Assembly: GCF_008189525.1 (NCBI RefSeq)
Contig: NZ_CP043314.1
Span: 570,001 to 602,000 of the forward strand
Source of the DNA: Candidatus Saccharimonadota bacterium
GTDB lineage: Bacteria > Pseudomonadota > Alphaproteobacteria > CAJXXZ01 > 1604HC
Reading direction: 5' to 3'
Length of the DNA: 32,000 nucleotides
In this document: positions 19,718-26,841 of the stretch, piece by piece
How positions within the stretch are numbered: position 1 is the first letter of the stretch
How the letters are laid out: every line of letters begins with the position of its first letter
Program-made: the position numbers and the translations under genes
The notes under the pieces: generated by a model
Database searches by the model: none
What the model was told of the DNA's origin: nothing
What the model saw: only the letters and a program-made list of their open reading frames with translations

Positions 19718-21510
19718 AATATACAAAAAATGGAACTTTGGATTTATATGAAAGCGGATTGCCAAAATATGAAAGTGGATTGGTAGATCTGTTAGATGGA
19801 ATGGTAGAAATGCATAAATTCAGCAAATCTGACATAGAATTTGTTGCGTTTCTAAGACATGAAATAGAAAAAATCCTTGAAGTTGATTACAATAAGGGAC
19901 TAGAAAATGACTTCTTACTTAAATTTCCAAAAATAAAGGGCATAATAGGAGATGGTGAGCTTGAAGAAGAAGTTTTAGCTGAACATGGATACTCAAAAGA
20001 AGATTATGACAGTACTATTACTGGGTATAATGTTAGAGATTCTTTGGATTGTTTGATTCGTGCCAAGAGAATTTGGGGCAAAATGATTGACCAATATGGG
20101 GAAGAAGATCTTAACAAAATCAAAGATTCAGTAAAAAATGCAAACCATGAATACGAATTAGGGAAAAAAACTCACCTAAACTTAAAAGTTATGCATAATT
20201 TGGTAGGATATGGATTAAGGCAAAGAGAAGCAGCTGGTATGCCAGATGAATCTACATTTTTGCAAAGATGGTACTCTGGAAGACATGCTTATGCAGACGA
20301 TAAAAAGTCTAAAGTATCTATAAAACTAGATAATAGTGCGTTTATTTATCAAGTAATTCCTACTAAAGATTCAGGCACAGACTATGAGAAGAAACCTTGC
20401 GAACGTCATTCGAATATTATGTCTGTTTCATATTTCGATGCAAATACAAAAACAGACAATTTAGTTTGGGCTGGAGATGAAAGAGAATTAAAAGAGAGAA
20501 CCTGCAAAGTTGTTCAATACAACAGCTTCCCAGATTTAAGAAACTTGGATAGAATCGGTCCAATTTTCCAATATGCACTGGCATTGAGATATGTTCATTT
20601 AGATATCACAAGCCCTGATCATTTGTATTGGATGAGATTTGCGCAAGACTTGGAATATGTGAAATTGAGAGTTACAGAATCAGACCACCTAAAGCACTTG
20701 GGTTTGTTGAAAAACACACAATACTTAGGTATTACTAACATAAACGTAGATGATGCAATCATTCTTCCTGAAGAAATCGGCACATTAAGCAAATTAAGGT
20801 GCTTACACTTGAGTGGAGTTGAAGGATATCCAAACCAGATTCATGGAATTAAAGGATTACGTGAAATTAAGTTCGTGGAATCCGAAGGTAAGATAGATAA
20901 AAGCTTAAGTGATTTAGATAAATTGGTACATTTGGAGTTAAGTGGTAAGGTAGAATTGCCTGAAACTATAGAATTATGGGGGCTAGAATCTCTTGTTGCA
21001 CCTAGCGCAGATATAGAAAAAATGCCTAGATTTATCTGCCCTGAATTAAGGTATTTAGATTTAGGAAGTGCAAGATTAGACCATGCTTTAGAGCCTGGAG
21101 CAAAATTACCTATATTTGCAGGTGGTAATGAAATGACCAAAGCAGTAGATTTATCTGAATGCCCTGAGCTACGTGAAGTTTGGGTTGGAAACAGAATCAA
21201 CGAAGTTGACGTGTCTGTGTTTAAGAGTTGCAAAAAGTTGATGTATATTGGACTTGGAGTTGATTTTAAGTACAGTATTAAATCAGGTTTGACTGAGTAT
21301 GTTAAGAAAAATGAGCTATTCTTCGAGTTACTACATCCACTTAATGCAGGTGAAAAATTGCAATACAACTGTAAGATTCCAGGAGAAGATGGTGAGTGGC
21401 TGAAGTTAAAGAGATACCAAGAAAACCAAAAGAGAAATTGGGTAAGAAATAAAAATGCTAGATATAAGCATATGGCAAAAATCTTGAAAGAAAATGGTCA
21501 GCTAAAATAG
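19495..21510 (+). CDS. Leucine-rich-repeat protein, paralog 1 (candidate secreted/injected effector)
   Basis: 671 aa. A 33-aa S/T/N/A/K-rich leader is followed by the constant head MSKMRSILKLCTLALTAQHTNTVDIPKLHDIPNEHGCFYHLKY and a ~260-aa region I do not recognise. About 9-10 irregular LRRs follow (e.g. LPEEIGTLSKLRCLHLSG, LSDLDKLVHLELSG, CPELRYLDLGS, CPELREVWVGN), and the protein ends in a basic tail KRYQENQKRNWVRNKNARYKHMAKILKENGQLK. Confidence 0.75.
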   Translation: MMTSNLDKFTSGASAKQSANANGSTNKASKSSTMSKMRSILKLCTLALTAQHTNTVDIPKLHDIPNEHGCFYHLKYTKNGTLDLYESGLPKYESGLVDLLDGMVEMHKFSKSDIEFVAFLRHEIEKILEVDYNKGLENDFLLKFPKIKGIIGDGELEEEVLAEHGYSKEDYDSTITGYNVRDSLDCLIRAKRIWGKMIDQYGEEDLNKIKDSVKNANHEYELGKKTHLNLKVMHNLVGYGLRQREAAGMPDESTFLQRWYSGRHAYADDKKSKVSIKLDNSAFIYQVIPTKDSGTDYEKKPCERHSNIMSVSYFDANTKTDNLVWAGDERELKERTCKVVQYNSFPDLRNLDRIGPIFQYALALRYVHLDITSPDHLYWMRFAQDLEYVKLRVTESDHLKHLGLLKNTQYLGITNINVDDAIILPEEIGTLSKLRCLHLSGVEGYPNQIHGIKGLREIKFVESEGKIDKSLSDLDKLVHLELSGKVELPETIELWGLESLVAPSADIEKMPRFICPELRYLDLGSARLDHALEPGAKLPIFAGGNEMTKAVDLSECPELREVWVGNRINEVDVSVFKSCKKLMYIGLGVDFKYSIKSGLTEYVKKNELFFELLHPLNAGEKLQYNCKIPGEDGEWLKLKRYQENQKRNWVRNKNARYKHMAKILKENGQLK

Positions 21511-23454
21511 ATGGAGGCAAAAAATATGATTACAAACAAATATAAAATGGGTAATATGAGCAAAATGAGGAACATACTGAAGCTATGCACACTTGCACTT
21601 ACAGCCCAACACACAAACACGGTTGACATCCCTAAACTACACGACACCCCTAACGAACATGGTTGTTTTTATCATTTTAAGTACGTTGAAGGAACTTTTA
21701 GCATAGAAAAGAATGAAACTTTTGAACTTTTAGAGCAAATGTATGAACAAAGTAAATACAGCATAGAGGATATTAAATTAATCGCATTTCTAAGACATGA
21801 ACTAGAGAAGATACTTGAAATTGATTATAAAAAAGGATTGGAAAATGATTTCTTGCTAAAGTTTCCAAAAATAGAAGAAGTTATGGGAGATGGAGAATGG
21901 GAAGAGGAGGTTTTCCTAGGTCATGGATATTCAAAAGAAGAGTATAGACAAACTGATATAGTCTGTAACGTCAGAGATGCTATTTCTTATATGGAATATA
22001 CAAAAAGAATCTGGGGCAAAATTATAAAACAAGAAGATGAGGAAACTGCTAAAGAAATAAAAGATTCAGTAAAAAATACAAATCATGAATGCGAGCTAGG
22101 TCAGAAAACCTATCTAAACTTAGGAGCTATGCTTAATTCCATAGGATATGGATTGAGACAGAGAAAAGAAGCTAGAATGCCAGGTGAATCTACATTTTTG
22201 CAAAGGTGGTATTCTGGAAGACATGCTTATGAAGATGACAAAAAATCTAAAGTATCTATAAAGTTGGATAATAGCAAATTTATCTATCAGGGCATACCCA
22301 CTAAAGATTCAGGAACTGACTATGAGAAAAAACCTATAGAATATAATAATTCTACAGATTTGATGTATTTATCCTATTTCGATGCAAACACAAAAACAGA
22401 TAATCTGGTATGGTGTGGAGATGAAAGAGAACTTAAGGAAAGAACCTGCAAAGTTGTTCAATACAATAGCTTTCCAGATTTGAGAAACTTGGATAGGATA
22501 GGTCCAATTTTCCAATATGCACTGGCTTTAAGGTATGTTCATTTGGATATAACAAGCCCTGATCATTTGTATTGGATGAGATTCGCACAAGATTTGGAAT
22601 ATGTGAAATTGCGTGTAAAAGAATCAGATCATCTAACACATTTAGGTTTGTTGAAAAATACACAATACCTTGGAATTACCAACATAAACGTAGACGAAGC
22701 GATCGTTCTTCCTGAAGAAATCGGCACATTAAGCAAATTAAGGTGCTTACACTTGAGTGGAGTTGAAGGATATCCGAACCAGATTCATGGAATAAAAGGA
22801 TTACGTGAAATTAAGTTCGTGGAATCTGAAGGTAAAATTGATAAAAGTTTGAGCAACCTAGATAAACTTGTTCATTTAGAGCTAAGTGGAAAAGTAGAAT
22901 TGCCTGAAACCATAGAACTATGGGAACTACAATCTCTAGTTGCACCTAGTGCAGACATAGAAAAGATGCCTAAGTTTATTTGCCCTGAATTAAGATATTT
23001 GGATCTAGGAAGTGCAAGATTAGAGCATGCTTTAGAACCTGGAGCAAAATTGCCTATATTTGCAGGTGGTAATGAAATAACAAGCGTATCTGACTTATCT
23101 GAATGTCCAGAATTAAGAGAAGTTTGGGTTGGAAACAGAATCAACGAAGTTGATGTTGAAGTGTTTAAGAATTGCAAGAAGTTGATGTACATAGGATTAG
23201 GAGTTGATTTTAAATATAATATCAAGCAAGGATTAACTGAGTATGTTAAGAAAAATGAGCTATTCTTAGAGTTACTACATCCACTTAATGCAGGAGAAAA
23301 ACTTCAATACAGCTGTAAGATTCCAGGTGAAGATGGTGAATGGTTGAAATTGAAGAGATACCAAGAAAATCAAAAAAGAAATTGGGTAAGAAATAAAAAT
23401 GCTAGATATAAGCATATGGCAAAAATCTTGAAAGAAAATGGTCAGCTAAAATAG
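21511..23454 (+). CDS. Leucine-rich-repeat protein, paralog 2
   Basis: 647 aa with the same architecture as paralog 1, and most positions are identical by eye. It has a short leader, MEAKNMITNKYKMGN, before the constant head. The likely start is 21526. Confidence 0.75.
   Translation: MEAKNMITNKYKMGNMSKMRNILKLCTLALTAQHTNTVDIPKLHDTPNEHGCFYHFKYVEGTFSIEKNETFELLEQMYEQSKYSIEDIKLIAFLRHELEKILEIDYKKGLENDFLLKFPKIEEVMGDGEWEEEVFLGHGYSKEEYRQTDIVCNVRDAISYMEYTKRIWGKIIKQEDEETAKEIKDSVKNTNHECELGQKTYLNLGAMLNSIGYGLRQRKEARMPGESTFLQRWYSGRHAYEDDKKSKVSIKLDNSKFIYQGIPTKDSGTDYEKKPIEYNNSTDLMYLSYFDANTKTDNLVWCGDERELKERTCKVVQYNSFPDLRNLDRIGPIFQYALALRYVHLDITSPDHLYWMRFAQDLEYVKLRVKESDHLTHLGLLKNTQYLGITNINVDEAIVLPEEIGTLSKLRCLHLSGVEGYPNQIHGIKGLREIKFVESEGKIDKSLSNLDKLVHLELSGKVELPETIELWELQSLVAPSADIEKMPKFICPELRYLDLGSARLEHALEPGAKLPIFAGGNEITSVSDLSECPELREVWVGNRINEVDVEVFKNCKKLMYIGLGVDFKYNIKQGLTEYVKKNELFLELLHPLNAGEKLQYSCKIPGEDGEWLKLKRYQENQKRNWVRNKNARYKHMAKILKENGQLK
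21513..21517 (+). promoter_or_regulatory. Shine-Dalgarno GGAGG suggesting the true start of LRR paralog 2 is the ATG at 21526
   Basis: In the sequence ATGGAGGCAAAAAATATG, GGAGG sits 8 nt upstream of the in-frame ATG at 21526. The ATG at 21511 directly abuts the upstream TAG. Confidence 0.5.
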
Positions 23455-25377
23455 ATGGAGGCAAAAAATATGATTACAAACAAATATAAAATGGGTAATA
23501 TGAGCAAAATGAGGAACATACTGAAATTGTGTACGCTTGCACTTACAGCCCAACACACAAACACGGTTGACATCCCGAAACTACATGACACCCCTAACGA
23601 ACATGGCTGTTTTTATCATTTTAAGTACGTTGAAGGAACATTGAATCTGGAACAGAATGAAACCTACGAACTTTTGGAAGGAATGTATGAGCAAAGCAAA
23701 TACAGCTCAGAAGATATAAAATTGATTGCCTTCTTAAGACACGAACTAGAAAAGATTCTTGAAGTTGATTATAAAAAGGGGTTAGAAAATGACTTCTTGC
23801 TCAAGTTTCCTAAAATAGAGGAAGTTATGGGAGACGGAGAATGGGAAGAAGAAGTTCTACTAGGTCATGGATACTCAAAAGAAGATTACAGACAAACTGT
23901 TATTACCTGTAATGTTAGAGATTCTTTTGATTGCTTGATTCGCTCAAAAAGGATCTGGGGCAAGATGATTGACCAATATGGAGAAGAGGATCTAAACAAA
24001 ATAAAAGATTCAATAAAAAATGCAAACCATGAGCATGAATTTGGAAAGAAAACTCATCTTAATTTAAAAGTTATGCATAATTTGGTAGGATATGGATTAA
24101 GACAAAGAGAAGCAGCTAAAATGCCAGATGAATCTACATTTTTGCAAAGATGGTACTCTGGAAGACATGCTTATGAAGATGACAAAAAATCTAAAGTATC
24201 TATAAAGTTAGATAACAGTGCATTTATTTATCAAGGCATCCCTACTAAAGATTCAGAAACTGATTATGAAAATAAACCTTGCGAACGTGATTCAAATATT
24301 ATGTATGTATCATATTTCGATGCAAATACAAAAACAGACAATTTAGTTTGGGCTGGAGATGAAAGAGAATTAAAAGAGAGAACCTGCAAAGTTGTTCAAT
24401 ACAATAGTTTCCCCGATTTAAGAAACTTGGACAGAATCGGTCCTATTTTCCAATATGCATTGGCTTTAAGGTATGTACATTTGGATATCACTAGCCCTGA
24501 TCATTTGTACTGGATGAGATTTGCACAAGACTTAGAGTATGTGAAATTGAGAGTTACAGAATCAGACCACCTAAAGCACTTGGGTTTGTTAAAAAACACA
24601 CAATACCTTGGAATTACCAACATAAACGTAGATGATGCAATCGTTCTTCCTGAAGAAATTGGTAGTTTAAGCAAATTAAGATGCTTACATTTAAGCGGAG
24701 TTGAAGGATATCCAAACCAGATCCATGGCATTAAGGGATTACGCGAAATTAAATTCGTAGAATCTGAAGGTAAGATAGACAAAAGCTTAAGTAATCTGGA
24801 CAAGCTTGTTCACTTAGAACTAAGCGGTAAAGTAGAGTTGCCTGAAACCATAGAATTATGGGAACTACAATCTCTAGTTGCACCTAGTGCAGACATAGAG
24901 AAAATGCCCCAATTTATCTGCCCTGAATTAAGATACTTAGATCTAGGAAGTGCAAGATTAGAGCATGCTTTAGAACCTGGAGCAAAATTGCCTATATTTG
25001 CAGGTGGTAATGAAATTACTAGCGTATCTGACTTGTCCGAATGTCCTGAGCTACGTGAAGTTTGGGTTGGAAACAGAATCAACGAAGTTGACGTGTCTGT
25101 ATTTAAGAGTTGTAAGAAGTTGATGTATATTGGACTTGGAGTTGATTTTAAGTACAGTATTAAATCAGGTTTGACTGAGTATGTTAAGAAAAATGAGCTA
25201 TTCTTCGAGTTACTACATCCACTTAATGCAGGTGAGAAATTGCAATACAACTGCAAGATTCCAGGAGAAGATGGTGAGTGGTTGAAATTAAAGAGATACC
25301 AAGAAAACCAAAAGAGAAGCTGGATGAGAAAAGAACACCCAAGGTACAAACGCATGGAAAAGATCTTTAAGGTTTAA
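23455..25377 (+). CDS. Leucine-rich-repeat protein, paralog 3 (mosaic of paralogs 1 and 2)
   Basis: 640 aa. The N-terminal ~160 aa follow paralog 2 and the middle follows paralog 1. ELWELQS...RLEH...NEITSVSDLSE follows paralog 2, and VSVFKSCKK...YSIKSGL...LFFELL...QYNCK follows paralog 1. Its basic tail is distinct: KRSWMRKEHPRYKRMEKIFKV. Confidence 0.75.
   Translation: MEAKNMITNKYKMGNMSKMRNILKLCTLALTAQHTNTVDIPKLHDTPNEHGCFYHFKYVEGTLNLEQNETYELLEGMYEQSKYSSEDIKLIAFLRHELEKILEVDYKKGLENDFLLKFPKIEEVMGDGEWEEEVLLGHGYSKEDYRQTVITCNVRDSFDCLIRSKRIWGKMIDQYGEEDLNKIKDSIKNANHEHEFGKKTHLNLKVMHNLVGYGLRQREAAKMPDESTFLQRWYSGRHAYEDDKKSKVSIKLDNSAFIYQGIPTKDSETDYENKPCERDSNIMYVSYFDANTKTDNLVWAGDERELKERTCKVVQYNSFPDLRNLDRIGPIFQYALALRYVHLDITSPDHLYWMRFAQDLEYVKLRVTESDHLKHLGLLKNTQYLGITNINVDDAIVLPEEIGSLSKLRCLHLSGVEGYPNQIHGIKGLREIKFVESEGKIDKSLSNLDKLVHLELSGKVELPETIELWELQSLVAPSADIEKMPQFICPELRYLDLGSARLEHALEPGAKLPIFAGGNEITSVSDLSECPELREVWVGNRINEVDVSVFKSCKKLMYIGLGVDFKYSIKSGLTEYVKKNELFFELLHPLNAGEKLQYNCKIPGEDGEWLKLKRYQENQKRSWMRKEHPRYKRMEKIFKV
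23457..23461 (+). promoter_or_regulatory. Shine-Dalgarno GGAGG suggesting the true start of LRR paralog 3 is the ATG at 23470
   Basis: This is the same junction sequence as at 21511-21528, repeated exactly 1944 nt downstream. Confidence 0.5.
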
Positions 25378-25381
25378 TTCA

Positions 25382-26131
25382 GTGGGAGCAAGAGGAGATC
25401 GTTCTACTAAGGAAAAAAAAGAAAAAGCAAAGGAAGTAGAACAGCAGCAAGAAACCATAATTGATGAAGAACCCGTCGATCCAGATATAGGAAGTATATG
25501 TCAGATATACGATGAGAAGTGGGGCGAGACGGTAAGGAACGTAAATGCAGGTACGTATCAGAAACTGATGACGCTTACAAATTTCGGTACAATTGAAGAA
25601 CTAGAAATAGAGGAAGAGCTGTCTGAGCCTTACACTATAAAAGGTAAGTGTTTCTTTTGGGAAGAGATATATGGCGACGTAGTTGGCATGGAACCGAAGG
25701 TCACATTAGCAACAGAAGGTAAAACAAGATATTGGCACGGAGTTATAACTGAGTGGATCGAAGGTGGAACTGATCTTAAGGACGAAAGATATTACTACGA
25801 ATTCGAGATGCGACCAAAATTATGGTATAGGATGCAAAGCAGGCAAAACAAGATACATGTGTCGGATAAGGGCATGCGTGTTAAGGAACTGGCAAGCAAA
25901 CTAATCGAAGATGCGATGCAGAATAATAAAAATACGAAAGTAAAGTTTGAGCAAAAGTACGATGTTAATTTCGCAAAAGTGAAATCAGCTCAAAATAATC
26001 CAAATGAACCATTGATAGAATATGCTGTGCAATATGAAGAAACTACTTACGGTTTCTTCCAAAGATTACTAAGCAATCATGGTATATTTTATTATTATAA
26101 AGTCGAAGACAATTATTCCTGCCTAAGCTAA
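25382..26131 (+). CDS. VgrG N-terminal (gp27-like) head fragment, intact 249-codon ORF with GTG start
   Basis: From DPDIGSICQIYDEKWG to HGIFYYYK it is collinear with residues ~28-235 of the full VgrG at 26841-29414, with 2 amino-acid differences. It then ends with a unique tail, VEDNYSCLS. It starts 4 nt after the LRR3 stop. Whether it is a pseudogene is discussed in the findings. Confidence 0.7.
   Translation: MGARGDRSTKEKKEKAKEVEQQQETIIDEEPVDPDIGSICQIYDEKWGETVRNVNAGTYQKLMTLTNFGTIEELEIEEELSEPYTIKGKCFFWEEIYGDVVGMEPKVTLATEGKTRYWHGVITEWIEGGTDLKDERYYYEFEMRPKLWYRMQSRQNKIHVSDKGMRVKELASKLIEDAMQNNKNTKVKFEQKYDVNFAKVKSAQNNPNEPLIEYAVQYEETTYGFFQRLLSNHGIFYYYKVEDNYSCLS
25477..26101 (+). repeat. Inner inverted repeat, left arm (vgrG head)
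   Basis: 625 nt collinear with the reverse complement of 28710-29334, with 31 mismatches and no indels by my block-by-block hand alignment. Confidence 0.9.
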
Positions 26132-26262
26132 ATTCCACTTATTTAAAAAATCTGATTACTAGAGCTTACAATTAAAAAGATTGATAAGTGATAAAACTAC
26201 AAAAACATAAACATACAAAATCAGAATTATCAACAAAATATTTCAACTGTAGTAAGAAAATA

Positions 26263-26841
26263 CTAACCCATCTCTACGCCAGATTCAAAATAAGTTTTCT
26301 TGATTATTTTTCCTTCTGGATCATATACAGTCCATTGCCCATCTTTTAAATCTTCAAGATACATTCCAGACTCCATGATAGAACCTGTTTTCGGATAAAA
26401 AGTCACAGAAAAACCATTCAATTTATTTTTCTGGAAAATTTCTTGTTTTAACAATTCTCCTTTTTCGAAAACCAAAAACAGCCCGCTTTTCTCTCCATTT
26501 TTGTAATTACCCTTATTAGATATTCCATTTGCATCAAATACGTACACAGGTCCGTGCATCAAATCATCTTTATAATTTGTAATCATTAATAAATTCCCAG
26601 ATTCATATATTTCCATAGGCCCATTCATCTTATTACCAGAATAATTTGTGCGTCTCGTTATGACACTTTTCTCATAAAGAGTCTCTTCGCCTTCTTTTTC
26701 TCCAGCTTTGGAATAGTATCTCTGTACCAGATTTCCTTCTTTATCCCTTATTTCATTATAATCTAAATCACTTTGATCTGATTCTTTGACTGCTCCACAA
26801 GGCTTATAAAAATCGACTATTTGTTCTTTTGTTATATTCAT
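26263..26841 (-). CDS. MORN-repeat-variant (YwqK-like) protein
   Basis: 192 aa made of about six ~23-aa units with the pattern G.......Y.nGk.dG....Y/F (e.g. NYSGNKMNGPMEIYE, NYKDDLMHGPVYVFD, NYKNGEKSGLFLVFE, YLEDLKDGQWTVYD). Its ATG overlaps the vgrG stop (TAATG at 26839-26843 on the minus strand). Confidence 0.7.
   Translation of the reverse strand: MNITKEQIVDFYKPCGAVKESDQSDLDYNEIRDKEGNLVQRYYSKAGEKEGEETLYEKSVITRRTNYSGNKMNGPMEIYESGNLLMITNYKDDLMHGPVYVFDANGISNKGNYKNGEKSGLFLVFEKGELLKQEIFQKNKLNGFSVTFYPKTGSIMESGMYLEDLKDGQWTVYDPEGKIIKKTYFESGVEMG

Larger units (their letters stand above)
19495..25377 (+). repeat. Tandem array of three LRR gene units (unit 2 to unit 3 period exactly 1944 nt)
   Basis: The junction sequences 21434-21581 and 23378-25525-equivalent (23378-23525) are identical over 148 nt by eye. 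The genes abut as TAG|ATG. Confidence 0.9.

Noticed and set aside
20841-21368. Long antisense ORFs inside the LRR genes and vgrG: 20841-21368, 22872-23225, 24810-25355, 24501-24803, 27483-27740, 29610-29984, 30012-30419, and also 19428-19685 and 31035-31340.
   Set aside because: They lie fully within, and opposite to, ORFs with clear protein signatures. They recur only because the sense genes are repeated. Their translations are low-complexity S/L/F/I-rich shadow products of AT-rich coding DNA.
19495-25377. Whether the repeated region could be a CRISPR array or a mobile-element array.
   Set aside because: The repeat unit is ~1.9 kb of continuous protein-coding sequence. There are no short repeat-spacer units and no transposase or IS termini.
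25382-26131. Calling the vgrG head fragment a plain pseudogene.
   Set aside because: It has an intact frame, a plausible GTG start 4 nt after the LRR3 stop, and an overwhelmingly synonymous divergence pattern from the full copy. I kept it as a CDS but flagged the uncertainty.
26201-26214. An exact 14-nt match, aaaaacataaacat, occurs both at 19432-19445 (the edge of the outer repeat arm) and at 26201-26214 (the convergent intergenic region between the vgrG head and the MORN gene). It could be a recombination site or a duplication scar.
   Set aside because: It is low-complexity A-rich sequence in an AT-rich genome. The right arm carries only an imperfect version (acataacat). I cannot distinguish this from chance without genome-wide k-mer statistics.
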